Shown here piece by piece: positions 1-12,666 of a stretch of DNA of 64,000 nucleotides. Source of the DNA: Sphaerodactylus townsendi (taxonomy: Eukaryota); NCBI RefSeq assembly GCF_021028975.2, contig NC_059436.1, forward strand, positions 58,900,001 to 58,964,000, in the 5' to 3' direction. How positions within the stretch are numbered: position 1 is the stretch's first letter; every line of letters begins with the position of its first letter. The position numbers and the translations under genes were made by a program. The notes beneath the pieces were generated by a model, which made no database searches, was not told the DNA's origin, and saw only the letters and a list, made by a program, of their open reading frames with translations.

Positions 1-1640
1 GGCGGCCCGGCTTGGGAGGGCTGGGGGGAGAGTGGCTGAGCAGGCGGCCCGATCTCGTCGTCCCCCCCCCCCCACACACACACACACCGCCCGGCCGCTC
101 CGGAGCAGGACTGTGGGGTGGTCCCGAAGCCCGGCTGCTCCACCGCCGCAGCCCAAAGCGGCACAGCCTGGCCGGCCCGCGGGAGCAGCAGCCGGCCTCC
201 TCGGCCCCAAAGGCGCCTCCCGGGCCAGAGGGCGCATGCGAGGGGACGGGACGGGAAGCCGCAATCCGGCTGCTCCTCACCACGCGGGGCTGGAGCGCTC
301 CGGGCAGAAGCCCGCCTGGGCAAGCTCGGTGCTTCTTCTGCCTGCGGGCCCGGAGCTCGGGCAGAAGCCCCCGGGCGCCCACCACAGACTTTGACCCCGT
401 CCTTGCAAAAGAAAAGAGAATCGCGTTAAGAGCCAAAGTCAGAGCCCCCTCCCTCCCTCCCCCGCGCGCAGAGACGGCTGATCCCTGAGCGGCCTGGCCA
501 GATATACTCTCTTTACCAGAATGAGTCTACTCCCACGCAACAAGGTGCACGTTTACTCTAAAGCAAGTCGTTGGCGCCTGTGTGCCTCCGAGGGCAGCAG
601 ACGGCCTTCCAGACCAAGCCCCGCTTGCATAGAAGCCGCGCTGTACCTTCAGCGGGTGCCAGCACGGTCAATGGTTTGGACTGAGCGGCCAGCAAACACC
701 CCTTGGCCCAGGGAGGGCATGGCCGAGCGGAGCCCCCCTCCTCCCCAAGGCCCGGCATCCCCCCCGCCTCTTGTGGGAAGCGGGGCTCACCCAGGGTGCG
801 GTCCACTGCGGCACTGCACTGGGGCGGGATCCGGTCTTTCAGAGAGACGGTGGGGCCGGCAGGGCAGGATTCTCTGGACCGCCCGACGGAACCGGAGCGG
901 GAGATGAGCCGCTGGCTTCCCTGGGGCTCCCTGAGTGGCTGGCTGGCGGGGGAAGGAAGAGTCCCGTCTCAGGGAAACTAGTACCGCGGGGGTATCTCTG
1001 TGGCGCCAGGCTGGTTGCTGCGGGCGGCTGCTGGGCAAGGCAGCGACGGAGACTGTGGGTGGGCGGGGGGGGGAGGGGCAGGCAGAGCCCAGGTACGCCT
1101 CTCTGCCGTGGCGGAGCAAGAGCCAGCGGCGGGGCCGGAGTGCGGAGGCAGCGCCGAATCCTGGCCGCGGCCCCCAACTCAAGACTGGCTGCTGGCTGAG
1201 CGACCCGTCCGCCTGGCGAAAGCTACGGAGATGGAAGAGGACGCCTCCTTGCCCCGCCCCTCCGCCTGCCCGCCTTTGCCAGGCTGGCCTGCCAGCCGGT
1301 CCCAGTCCACTCAAACCCTTCTTGCAGGTGGCAAACCAATCGGCTAATACAACAGCATATCGGGAGAGTAACCGCCCGTGTAACCGCGAGAAGTACACGC
1401 ATTTGGCACCATCAGCATATGATGTCCTCGACCGGCGGAAGAAAAGCAACAGAATACTGAGTGACCACTGCCAACCCCCCAAAGCCGAGGTCCTGGCGTC
1501 CGGCAGAGGCCCAGCAGCAGCCACACCGAGGGGCCCAGCCGTTCGGAGAACTGCGAGGGGGGCTGGCCAGAAAGCCGCCGCTGCCTGCCAAGTACCAGCC
1601 CACTAGTGGTCCTGAAGTCACCTCCCGGTGTGTTTTCAGG
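1..1640. promoter_or_regulatory. CpG island, likely promoter/regulatory region of a gene off the left edge (possibly LHX3 by synteny with QSOX2)
   Basis: Very high GC and CpG density, GC boxes, CCAAT near 1337; no TE signature; ORFs here are low-complexity. Confidence 0.6.
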
Positions 1641-4600
1641 TAGTTCTAACAGGCTCTGGTTTCACATCCTTAGTGAGCAGGAAGGAACATCGAAGAGATT
1701 TCATGCAGAAATCCGTCATTTATGGTGGAAACTTCCACGCGTGAGTCGCTGCTTGTCATCCGGTGGTTTTTCCTTTGGCAAATAAAGAAAAAAGACACAA
1801 AATCCGTTCCTCCACAGCAAGTCGTTAGTTCCTACCTATAATTGTCTCTTACCCCAGCGGCTGCTTGATACGAAATATAGATGAAGATGTACCTCCGCCC
1901 TCCACGTAAAGAAAAAAAGCACCAAACCAACTTGTCAACCTCCTATACAGGATCTTGGAATTTTTTTTTTACAGGAAATAAACATAAGAAAACAATAAAA
2001 TATATTGGGGGGGGGGGGGGCGGAGACACCAGAAGCGAATGGACTAACATCTACAGTGCGCTTATTGTCCGGGCATCATTATTGAAAAGACAGCACAGGA
2101 CACACACACACACCAACACACACCCGGAAATAGTGTGTTTGGAAAACGGCAGAAGGAAATATCCATCTTTGTGAAAAGGCTTGGAAGAAGAGCATTTCAA
2201 AAAAATAAAATCTGAAGAACAAGCAAATGAAGGGGAAACTTAGATGATTTTCCAAAGGGATACATTCATTAATATAAAGATGAGATGAGAATATAGTTTA
2301 ATATAGTTTAATGAATTTTCATACAGCCTACAGATACATGTTACTGCGTGACAGAAAATCCTCTTCAACAATAAAATGCTTGTTTTAGATTTTTGTCACG
2401 TTAAATAGCAACATATTGGAATGTTTCTCCTGAATGCAAAGAACATTGTGCTTTGTTGTAAATGGCTTCCTTCTAATGAAAAACCAGATAATCAGAAATG
2501 AAGATGTGAGTTATTAGGAGTTCAGGGGTGGAGCTTGTGCCACAATAAATCCATGACACAAAATTGTGTGAGAGTTCTGCTGCAACAGACTTGCACAGCT
2601 TGAGTCCTCTGGGATCTATGTTTGGAATGAGTATGCACATTCCCTGAGTGCCACTCTGGCATGACGTCACGCTGGTGGAGACACCAGTGACCTGTTTCCC
2701 TCAGCCATTCTGCAGGGAGGGAAAAAGAGCATGGGTCCAGACCCTGAGCGTGCCAGAGTTCCCTGCACCCCTGGCGGCACCACCCTTTAGGGAGCAGGGC
2801 TGGATCGTGTCCCTGTGAGTGGAGCTGCCAAAGGGGCCAGGGCTTCCTGACAGCACACAGCCCCGCCCAGAAACCCCAGAAGACTGGGAGGTAAGACCCA
2901 CCCACCCAAGAAGCCTGTGGCATGGGTGCCAGGGATCCAGGCATTCAAGGCGCAGCCCCTTGCCACATTTCCTTTTGCCCCACAAGGGTGTGGTGGACAC
3001 CATAGCAGGACAAGCCGATCCAGCCAAGCCCTTTCCATCCCCTTTCTTGAGCTCACTCAGGCAGGGTGCCCAAGAGGTCTGGGTTCGAGTGCCTGGCTTT
3101 GAGCCTTATAAAAGATCTGTACCCCCCCCCCCCACCGCCATCTGTTTCATGCCTGGGAATGGACATCCAGCTGCAAAACACAGAGCAGAGGCCAAGCACA
3201 GACCAATGTCCCCCAGGTCTCACACCAGTACCCTAACCACTGGCCAAGCAGGTAGACACAGGGCACGAGGCATTGCTGATGTCACCAGCAGTTGGATGGG
3301 ACACACTCTGCCAAGACTGCCAGCGTCCAGCCAAGGGTAGCCAAGGCTCCTGCCTCTGGGACTTCTTGCTGCCCTTTGCTCAGCCCTAACAAGGAGCTCC
3401 TGTGCATGCCCCCCCCTTACATCCCTTTCTCCCCAGGATAAAATTGCTGCCCACCACACCCACTTCTCCTCAACTCACAGCCAGCTAGAAATGTTACGCC
3501 CAGAGGCAAACGAGTCCACAGACAGAACACCTCTGGAAGAGCAGGGAACCTACTGGAGAAAGTTCGGGATGCCTGCCTCTTCCTGGTTCTTCTCTGCCTC
3601 CTGCTGTCACTGCTGCCGCCGCCGCCGCCACGCTCTTTAGCCTGGGTCCCGAGATGGCGGGGGGGGGAGTGGTTTTGAAACGTTTCTATGTCTATTTAAA
3701 ATTATTTACAAGTATGAACATGCCAACCTTGTACTGTGTGAGGTGAGGTGTGCCAACTGTGAACTCATGTGCCTCTGAACATCGCGTGTCCAGCTGGCTG
3801 TGAGTGGCTGTGGGTGGGGGGGGTCGCTGGCACAGTCTCCCAGAAGAGCCCCACAGGAATGCTCTCCTCCTTGCAGAGCCACAAAGGAAGAGCAGGGAAA
3901 GGCAACCTTTAAGAGGCAAATCCTCTGGAGAAAGCACAGACTCACCCCACTGAGAAACAACTGTGAGACAAGAAATGCCACCAGTAATTTAAATTTGCTT
4001 GGTAAAGCAATGGAAATGCAGCAGCATCCTTTCTGTTTTATCCCAGCAAGGCAAATGAGTAAAGACTTCAGGATTGGCAGGAGGCTTAAGTGGCATCTTG
4101 CAAAGCAGCCTAAGCAAGAGAGGAAGCCCCAAGGACCTGGCAGTGCAAAAGAAAGCCCTGGTGGTCATGGGGCTGACGGGAAATTGGAGGAAGGCAAATA
4201 AATGGAAATAGGAAACAAAGGCGGTAGCATCATAGAGAGAAATTTCCTTAATTCCTCTTTACCCTGTTTTGTCTCTGAAATCCATCAATCCATTTATTTT
4301 CCTCTTTTTCTTCAGGGGGGAATCAAGAACTGGGTGTTGTGGGTTTTTTGGGTTGTGTGGCTGTGATGTGATGGTTTCTGTTCCTAAGGTTTCAGGCCGG
4401 GCAGGAGCTGCCTGGACCGCTCACTGGCAGGCTCAGAGGCAGGTCACAACGAGATGTGTTTCCCTCCATTGCTCCAGAAAAGGTCTGGACACAGTTTCTA
4501 ATACATTCTGTTTTGATCCAACAGACATTCAAAGAGAGGAAGAAGGGAGAATCTGTGACTTTCCAGAATTTCACACTGCAGGTGCTCAGAGGCAGCCTTC

Positions 4601-5263
4601 CCACCTTCCTGCTACTGCCCCACCCTTTGCTGTGTCACATAAAACAGCTCCAAGGAACACAAATGGGTGCCTCAATTTAGAGAAAGCAACAGGGGGAAAA
4701 GTGAAGTGGAATCAATTGCTGTATCTAAAAGAGTGAATGCCAGAAAAGGAGACACCCCCCCCCCTCCTCTCCTAACAAGGCTGGAGGCAGCAAATGGAGA
4801 CAAAGAGTTCACTCTAGTGGGGGAATTAACATGTACTGGTGGCCACATATGACTCCCACCAACCAGCTGCTCCACAGGACATTTCCAATGGTGGAAATGC
4901 TGTGGCAGAGGGAGTCTTAAGCATTCTGGGTCTGGGTCTGAATGTGGCCCCCACACACCCTAGAAGCAAACACTGTCAGAATGTGTGATTCAAAAAACCA
5001 GGAACCTAGAAGCAAGACGTTAATGCAGCAAAGCAAAAAGACAGCAGGAAGGACAGAGTCCTTGTGAGTCAAGTGAAACGGAATAACAGTCGATAATGAG
5101 CTGCACAAGGATTTGGAAGGATGTGTAAATACAACAGCATGACACAGAGATGATTTGTTGTCGTCACTGGCTTCTTTTCTGACTGACTAAATCCAGGGGC
5201 TTCGAAGTGTGGGCATACTGGTATACATAAGGAAACCTTCATAATTTCATTTAATGACTCTGG

Positions 5264-6456
5264 GGGTGTTATCCCAAACTAGAATTGGCCTCAAAAGATG
5301 CTTAAAAGCCTTTTTTGAGTATTGTAAATTGAATGAATTGAAAGTCAACTACGCAAAATCAAAAATTGTAGTATTTTCGAAACGATGGCAACAATTGACA
5401 TGGAAAATCGATAATATTTATTTAGAGCACGTTAAGTCATTTAAATATCTTGGCTTAAATTTCTATTACAATTCCAGCTGGTCTTCACAAAGAACCTGCT
5501 CTATAACATCTGGGAAATGCCTAACTTCGGGTATTGTGCAATTCTATTATGGGAAGAGCCGTCAAACACTGGAGGCTGCTCTAAAGATCTTTCAAACCAA
5601 GGTAATACCGAAGATCCTTTATGGAATTCCCATATGGGTTGAAGCCTTTACTCCAGAAATTGAACAAGTTCAATCGTGTTTTCTGAGAAGAGTTATGGGC
5701 GATCCCAATAGTGTAACTTTCACTACATTATGCCTTGAATCTGGCTTATCCCTAATTGAGACCAAGGCCGGGATTACTACAATAAAGTACTGGCTTAAGA
5801 TTCATTTTAGAACAAAACAAGATGATATTATATCTTATCTTCTTAAAGATGCCCATATCTCACAATGGTCTAAAGTGATTATTCAAAAAATTGGAAATAT
5901 TGGAATTGACTTAATCGCATTACAAAAGTTTATTTTGATCCAAATTAGTGATAGGTTGAGAGATCATGAGAGACATTTCTTTTATTCGGCCAAGATCGCA
6001 GCCTGTTCACCATGAGCCTTGGGAATTTCCCCTAAGCATGGAGTTCCAGCCAATTATCTTGTTTCTACTCTATCTGTTGAACAGCGTTGGGCCTTTATGC
6101 TAGCCCGATTTAATAGTATTCCTTCAGCTATGACATCAGCTAGATACCAAAAAATTCCAAAACATCAAAGGTATTGTCGTTGTGGCTCTGTTGATTCGCT
6201 GTCCCATATTCTTATTGAATGCTGATGTACGATCATGCTTAATTCACCCTTTATTACTGTCAAAGAAAATACAAAATTCTTCATATGTTGTATGTTTTCT
6301 TTTACAGGATCATTCTTTTGATGTTACTTGTACAGTTGCTTCTTTTTTGGCTATCATTTTAAAACGATAGTTACTGTTTTACTTGACTATTGCTGTTGGT
6401 TTATATTTAATTATTTTACATTATGTTGTTGTTTTATGCTAATAAAAGGCACTGAC
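5264..6456 (+). mobile_element. 5'-truncated RTE-X-like LINE (3' RT and Cys/His C-terminus)
   Basis: ORFs 5254-6015 (FKYLG) and 6019-6225 (LARF...CRC...HILIEC); AATAAA plus (CTGA)n tail; TGACTCTGG duplicated at 5255 and 6457. Confidence 0.85.
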
Positions 6457-6484
6457 TGACTCTGGTGGTAGTGCAACATCCCAT

Positions 6485-6840
6485 CAAGTTGCAGGCAACT
6501 TAAGTTGACCGTTTGGGGTTTTCATGGCAAGAGATGTTCAGAGGTGGTTTACCATTTGAATGCTGGCCAGGGCCAACTTTGCTCAGCTTCTAAGATTTGT
6601 TGAGAGTGGGCGGGATAGCTTGGATCATCCAGGCTGGGCAAGACATGATGGTGGAAAGTGCCCTCAAGTCACAGTTGACTCATGGGGTTTTCAAAGCAAG
6701 AGGTGTGGGGAGATAGTTTGCCACTGCCCGCCTCTGCTTCCCAACCCTGGACTTCCTTGATGGCCTGCCATCTGAGAGACAATCAAAGTCAACGTGGCTT
6801 AGCTTCCAAGATCTGACAAGATCGGCCGTACAGGTCAGAC
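6485..6840 (-). mobile_element. Two tandem degenerate 5S rRNA-derived SINEs
   Basis: GCTTAGCTTCCAAGATCTGACAAGATCGG resembles reverse-complemented 5S rRNA; both units share a GGGGTTTTCA..GCAAGAG body. Confidence 0.65.
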
Positions 6841-6901
6841 TCTACACAGCCTATCAAAAATGGACTGAAGTTCAAATTCTTATTCCTGCCTTGGTTACAT
6901 T

Positions 6902-7405
6902 CGTTGGAAGAAAGGGACTTTATGCTGTTTCCTGCCTCATCCTACAGAGGGGTTTTTTACCAGCGAGCTAGTGGCTAGATAGGGACTTAGGAATGTGTCA
7001 CCTTTACTCTATCATGCTGACTCTATCCCTTTGATGTAGACTGATACTCTTAGGGACTTCCTCCCTTGCTTCCGCCTTCTTCTCCGAACCTCTCCATCTT
7101 ACCTTCCCCATGCCTAGGGAGAGGATGTGTCTCCTACGCATCCGCCTCCATCCAGCTAGATTAGAATAGATAGTGAACCTATCTCTCCACCTTTCTATCC
7201 AGAATGGAGTTCACTAATAAATACTCTTTTCGTTAGATTAGAAACTACAAATGACTCTGACTTTCTTTTGTGTCTCTCTAGCAAGTTCTCTCTAGCAAGC
7301 TCAGCCACACGTGTGTGCTCAGGTAAGCTTCCCTGTGTTCAGCCTCTGTGCCGCTCTGCTACTTTTCAAGGGAAACACACGCACCAGGTGTGGTTCTCCC
7401 CAACA
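6902..7405 (+). mobile_element. Solo LTR of the Ty1/copia family
   Basis: Homologous to LTRs at 8934 and 23073; (C)GTTGG...CCAACA ends; 5-bp TSD ACATT (6897-6901, 7406-7410). Confidence 0.9.
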
Positions 7406-8499
7406 ACATTTTTGAAAAATACCTTGCCTATCCTACAGCAAGACATAAATCAAGAAGTTAGTACAATTTACCACTGAAAGTTGTTTCCTCCTGTGGAAGG
7501 GGTTAAAAATTATTTTACAAAGAATCTTGAACCTGTTTATTCTTGTATCACACAGCTTATGATTGGCACAGTTCAAATACATGAGAGAAGCAGCACAGAG
7601 TAGTTCTCAGTCAAGCTTGTGGACTTCTACTGTAACTCTAAAATGGTTAGTTTTCCCTGCTCTCTCTTCAGAAGCTGCACATGCCCTAGTAAGTTAGGTC
7701 TCCTGGTAACCTTTGAGCAGGTACCTGGTCCAGCCTTTTCATTTCCTTACCAACAAGAGTCGTTTCCCCACTTCTAAGATGGAGGTTGATACGCACCAGT
7801 TTCATTTGTTCCAGGACCTTTTGAGGGCGGGGCCACGTTCCCCACCACAGCTTCGGCCCCTTGGTCCAATGGACGTGGCAGCCACGCAGCAGACAGGCAG
7901 GACTCCCCATGATCCGTTCAGGGTGTGTCCTGATTGGCTGCTGCATTGTGCTGGGGCGGGAATTTTTTTGTTTTCAAAGGGACAAATCAACGTCTCCACA
8001 TCTATTTGAGCACACACAATATGCGTCTATGCCCCTGTGTGCTCAAAACTACATGGAGAAGGGGCAAGATCTTGGTCCTGCTGCCCCGCCCCGCGAGGCA
8101 CTTTCCACCTGCGTCTGCAGCTGCTGCCATGTGCGTGTGGGGTGTGCTCCACGGAGTCACTGCACAGAGGTCACTTCCAGGCTGGGCAGGAGCTGCCTGG
8201 ACCACTGGCCTACCACTGCCTCCTCTGGCCATGCTCCCCTGCCATGCTCCTCCTCCCCCCGGTGCCGAGGCCCCGGCCTTGCCTCTCATGGCGGCACCCA
8301 TGGTCTGCACCCATGGTCCAGCTGGCCTCAGTAGGCTGCTCGGTTGCTCCAAGCCTGCATCATGGAGCTGTCTGGCGCGTGGCTCATCGGAGGGCCCAGC
8401 AGGCCTCAGCAGCCTGTGGTGGGAGCTTGGAGGATCCCTTTGGGCTCTCCGCAGTGGGTGGTCTTGGACTGTATGGACCACACCTGCTTCTCAGCCTGC

Positions 8500-8751
8500 C
8501 TCTCGCATCGCCCCAAACCCAGCTGGGACTGGAAGCGCAGCCACACACATCTGGGTTGGGAAATACCTGGAGGGTTGGGGGAGTGGGGGGGAGGGACATC
8601 AGCAGGGCAAGATGGCATCCAGCCCTCCTTCTGGAGCAGCCATTTGCTTCAGGGGGGCTGATTTTGACCATCCAGAGATCAACTGGCAGAGCTGGAGATT
8701 TCCAGGAAGCACCCTTCCTGCCAGGGGCCTTGGGCAATGGTGGCACCCCTA
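8500..8751. repeat. Diverged copy of a short interspersed squamate repeat (probably a non-autonomous DNA element)
   Basis: Resembles, from memory, the AGGGTTGCCA...TGGCAACCCT repeat; ends GGTGGCACCCCT. Confidence 0.4.
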
Positions 8752-8933
8752 ATGATTCTGGCTCTCAGGAAGTGTAGCCACACCCTCTGTGTCATGCTGC
8801 CCTTTGGCACAGGGTGCACTGTGCCCGGACCTTCCACCCACCCACCCACACACACACATTTTATTCTCACAAGCCAGTTTGAGCAAGGACAGCCAAACTG
8901 GTTTTCTTTCCAACCTTCATATATGCTCAGAAA

Positions 8934-9602
8934 TGTTGGAAGACAAGGACTTTATGCTGTTTCCTGCCTCAACCCACAGAGGGGGTTTTACTAGATAGCT
9001 AGTGGCCAGATAGAGACCTAGGGATTTGACACCTTTACTCTATCATGCTGGTTCTATCCCTTTGATGTTAGACTGATACTCTCAGGGACTTCCTTCCTTC
9101 CGGCTTCTTCCTTGACCCCTTCTCACTTCTTGTTCCTACCATGTCTAGAGAGAGGATGGATGCTCCTCGCATCCATCTCCATCCAGCTAGATTAGGATAG
9201 CATAGTGACTCTATCTACCTATCTTTCTATCCAGAATGGAGTTCACTAATAAATACTCTTTTTATTAGATTAGAAACCACAACTGACTCCGACTTTCTTT
9301 TGTGTAAGCTTGCTGCACATTGGGATCTATCACGCACACGCACGCATATGAGGTAAGGCTTCTGCTGTGTTCTAGCCACCCGTGCCGCTCTGCTAACTAC
9401 GATAAGGGATAATCTCCAACTACCAGGAGCACTTATCCCAACATTTTTATTAGATTAGAAACCACAAATGACTCCGACTTTTCTTTGTGCCAAAGCTCAC
9501 TCACAAGCTCACACACATGCGCGCAGGTAAACTTACGCTGTGTTTAGCCACCAGCGTGCCCTGCTCATTGTGCTACAGGAAAACACACTGTTGCTCCCTT
9601 CA
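8934..9602 (+). repeat. Compound copia 5' LTR (complete LTR 8934-9443 plus a second U5 9444-9602)
   Basis: Internal CCAACA end at 9443, then repeat of TTTTTATTAGATTAGAAACCAC..., ending CCCTTCA like the 3' LTR. Confidence 0.85.
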
Positions 9603-9616
9603 GGTTCTGGGCCCAG
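9603..9616 (+). promoter_or_regulatory. Copia primer-binding site, half-tRNAiMet type
   Basis: GGTTCTGGGCCCAG directly after the LTR; one mismatch to the Drosophila copia-type GGTTATGGGCCCAG. Confidence 0.85.
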
Positions 9617-9824
9617 ATTTTGGTTGAAGTCCAAACTGGAGGCCCTGTGCTTTTCTTTTCTTTCATGTGTGCTGAAACGAAGCAGCTTTTGGGAAAGCAA
9701 TCTCAGTGCTTTTGAGCTGTGTGTGAAAGAGACTTGGCACTAAGGAGTTAATCTCTTTGTTTTTCCATGGAACTCTAAGGAAGAGGTTTCCACGGGCAGT
9801 TTAAATCAGTGCCTTTGTTCCATA

Positions 9825-12666
9825 ATGGCACAATATATGGACAGTAAATTGAGGCTTCTAATTTTGACATCGGATAACTACGTGGATTGGGAAACCAGGA
9901 TCCATTTTGCACTGGATGCTGAAGGATTTTTGCAGGTCATCAACGAAGATCCACCAGATGAAGGAACAACCAAGGATAATTGAGCGATAAGAGAGAGATG
10001 GTACCGCAAAGATGCCAGGGCAAATGCAATAATTGTGCACTCTGTAAGTAGCAGCACCTTGTCTCATATTCGTGCATTTACTACAGTGAAAGGAATGCTT
10101 GAAAAGATAGCCCGAATCTGGGCTTCCGCCCATACCCTCAGCCAGCTGGGCTTCCGCCCATACCCTCAGATGCCAATTATATGATATGCGCTATGAAGAA
10201 GGTACATGTTTTCTAACATATTTGACTGCACTAGAAGAGTGCTTTACTAAACTTAAAAATTGCAGAGAAGAGCTAACTCAAGGGGCTAAGACTTCTGCTC
10301 TGTTTTTAACATTACCTACAAGCTTTAGAACCCTGGTTGCTGAGTTAGAGAGACAAAATGCATTGAGATGCGCTCAAGTGGTTGAACAATTGACCACAGA
10401 GATAAGCCTCTGTAAAATGCTTGCATTAAAGGAGAGGGGGTTGCGGGAGAAAACTTTGCCTTTAAAGACCACCTTTAATTCAAAAGATGCAACTACCAAG
10501 AGATGCAACTACCAAGCACCCTAGGCAGCCAAATTTGCATGAGGTTACCAGGGCAACGCAGCCAGTATTTATGATCCTTTGGCCAGCAGAGGTTCTTTCC
10601 AGAAAACAACCACTCCTAAGCAAATCAGATGCTATAAATGTGAAGAAAATGGCCACAAGGAGGCAGACTGTCCCAATAGCCAGACCCAGACGAAGGAAAA
10701 GTTTTTTAAACCTCAAAAGAGTGCACCGAGGTTTCCAGATAAGAATAAATCTCAAAGCAGTCATAATTTTTATATGGTGCAGACAAAAGAGAGCAGTCCT
10801 GGCTTCATTTTAGATAGTGTAGCCATCTCAAATCTAGGTAATTAAGTTTTTTCACAAAACTGCATGTAATTCCAGAGCAAAACATTTACATGGGAAATGG
10901 CACATTTTTGATTGCAAACCAGAAAGGAACTGGAATTATTCATTGCCGATTACCAGATCATTCTATTGTTGAATTTCTTTTGGAGAATGTCCTTTATGTG
11001 CCTGAAATGAGCAACTCTTTAATCTCTGTTTCTGACCTTGAAGACCAAGGCTGTAGACTTATTTTCAAAATGGCAATTGCTATGGCCGTTTCCGCACGGC
11101 CGCCATGCGCCCCCACGCCGCCAAGAGTTCTGCCGGCGTGGGGGCGCAAGCCCGTTCGCACGCAAGCGTGCGAGCAGGCCAAGCAGAGGCCCCCGCAGGA
11201 GAGGCGGCTCCGCACGGAGCCGCCTCTTCCCCCTTCTCCGCCCCACTCACGATGTCTCCGTCGTCGCCTGCTGGCCGTGGAAGCCCCGCCCATGCTGCCC
11301 TACGACCCCTGGAGGTCGGAGGACAGTGTGGGCGGGGCTTCCACAGCCAGCAGGCGACGACGGAGACATCGTGAGTGGGGCGGAGAAGGGAGACAGCGTC
11401 TTCCTGGCAGCGTGGTTCGCACCGCGCCGCCGGGAAGATGCTTCCCCCCCAACAACAACCCTTTAAAGGGTTGTTGTTTAGGGCGGCCTGACGCCACCCT
11501 GGGGGGGAGCGCAGTCAGGTCGGCGCTGCTGCAACGCAGCAGCGCCGCCTGTGCGAACGGCGGCCTGGGGGCGGCGTTTTTACTGCCCCCAGGCCGTCGT
11601 TTTTGGGCCGTGCGGAAATGGCCTATGTTACCAAGGATGATATTCTATGTTTAGTTGCTTCTAAGGCTAGAGGTCTGTATAATGTGAATGAATTTACAGA
11701 GAATGATGTCTTTTCAAATGAATCTTAGGATAAAGAGCCCCATGACCTTGAACTTGACACTTATAAAAATGATTATGAAATCAATGAAGCAAACCTTGTT
11801 AATTCATGTAAGCAAGACAGTTGCTCACTTCTCTGGCACCAACGCCTAGCTCATTGTTCTAATAATACAATTCAGAAAATAAAAAAAGGAGGGATTAACT
11901 AAAGATCTTGATTTTGTAACCTGTGAAACTAACCACTCTTGCGATTCACGTCTTCAAGCTAAAGCTGTGAACATACCATATCCTAAACAGAGTGAAAGGA
12001 AAATGAAGCAACCTCTGGATCTGGTCCATTCCGATATTTGTGGACCTTTTCCCGTGACTTTAGGTAAATTTAAATATTTTCTGACATTTACAGATGATTT
12101 TTCTAGATATGTGATAACATTTCTTTTGAGAGAAAGATCTGAGACTTTGGACAGGTTTAAAGACTATGTGAGAATGGTGCAGAACAAGTTCCAGCGAATT
12201 CTTCAAATCCTGCACAAGAATGGAGCAGGAGAATATGTCTCCAGAGCGATGCAAGATTTCTTGTGATCTGAGGGCATCCAATACCAGACTATGGTGGCAT
12301 ACTGCCTCCCCCAGAATGGTGTCTCAGAAAGAGCCAACCGGAGCCTCCTGGCTAAGGTGAGATGCATGCTAATTGCAGCACACCTCCCACAGCACTTCTG
12401 GGGAGAAGGCATCATGATAGCAACATATATACACAATAGGCTGTACACTACAACCACAGGTGTCACACTTTTTGAACTTTGGCAAGGCTACAAGTCATCA
12501 ATGACACATCTAAGAGTATTTGGGTGCACAGCTTTCGCATATGTCGCCAAAGAAAGATGAAAGAGCAAGTTTGAACCAAGAGCCAAGAAAGGAATCTTTG
12601 TAGGCTATTCATCTCAATCAAAAGCTTATAGAATTATGGATCCTGACACCAATTCAATAACCTATA
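9825..12666 (+). pseudogene. Copia gag, protease, GAG-pre-integrase and integrase (stops, frameshifts)
   Basis: CYKCEENGHKEADC knuckle; FILDS protease motif; LWHQRLAH; LDLVHSDICGP; PQNGVSERANR; HLRVFGC. Confidence 0.92.
11084..11623. mobile_element. CpG-rich MITE, PIF/Harbinger-like
   Basis: TIRs GGCCGTTTCCGCACGGCC / GGCCGTGCGGAAATGGCC; 3-bp TSD TAT; removing it restores copia NGNCYVTKDD. Confidence 0.85.

Noticed and set aside
12-1643. Many overlapping ORFs in the CpG island; searched for LHX3 exon 1
   Set aside because: Low-complexity G/P/A/R ORFs expected from high GC; no MLLE- or MEAR-type start or LIM motif found
6560-6840. 5S rRNA genes
   Set aside because: Too degenerate and fused to a SINE body
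7861-8777. ORFs of 150-270 aa
   Set aside because: GC-rich, all frames open, no domain motifs, partly in a repeat
10118-10517. Short tandem duplications in copia gag (also 17266-17326 in the Gypsy A protease)
   Set aside because: Ordinary slippage or repair decay in dead elements
10890-11654. 254-aa ORF as a novel protein
   Set aside because: Chance fusion of the copia pol frame with a GC-rich MITE
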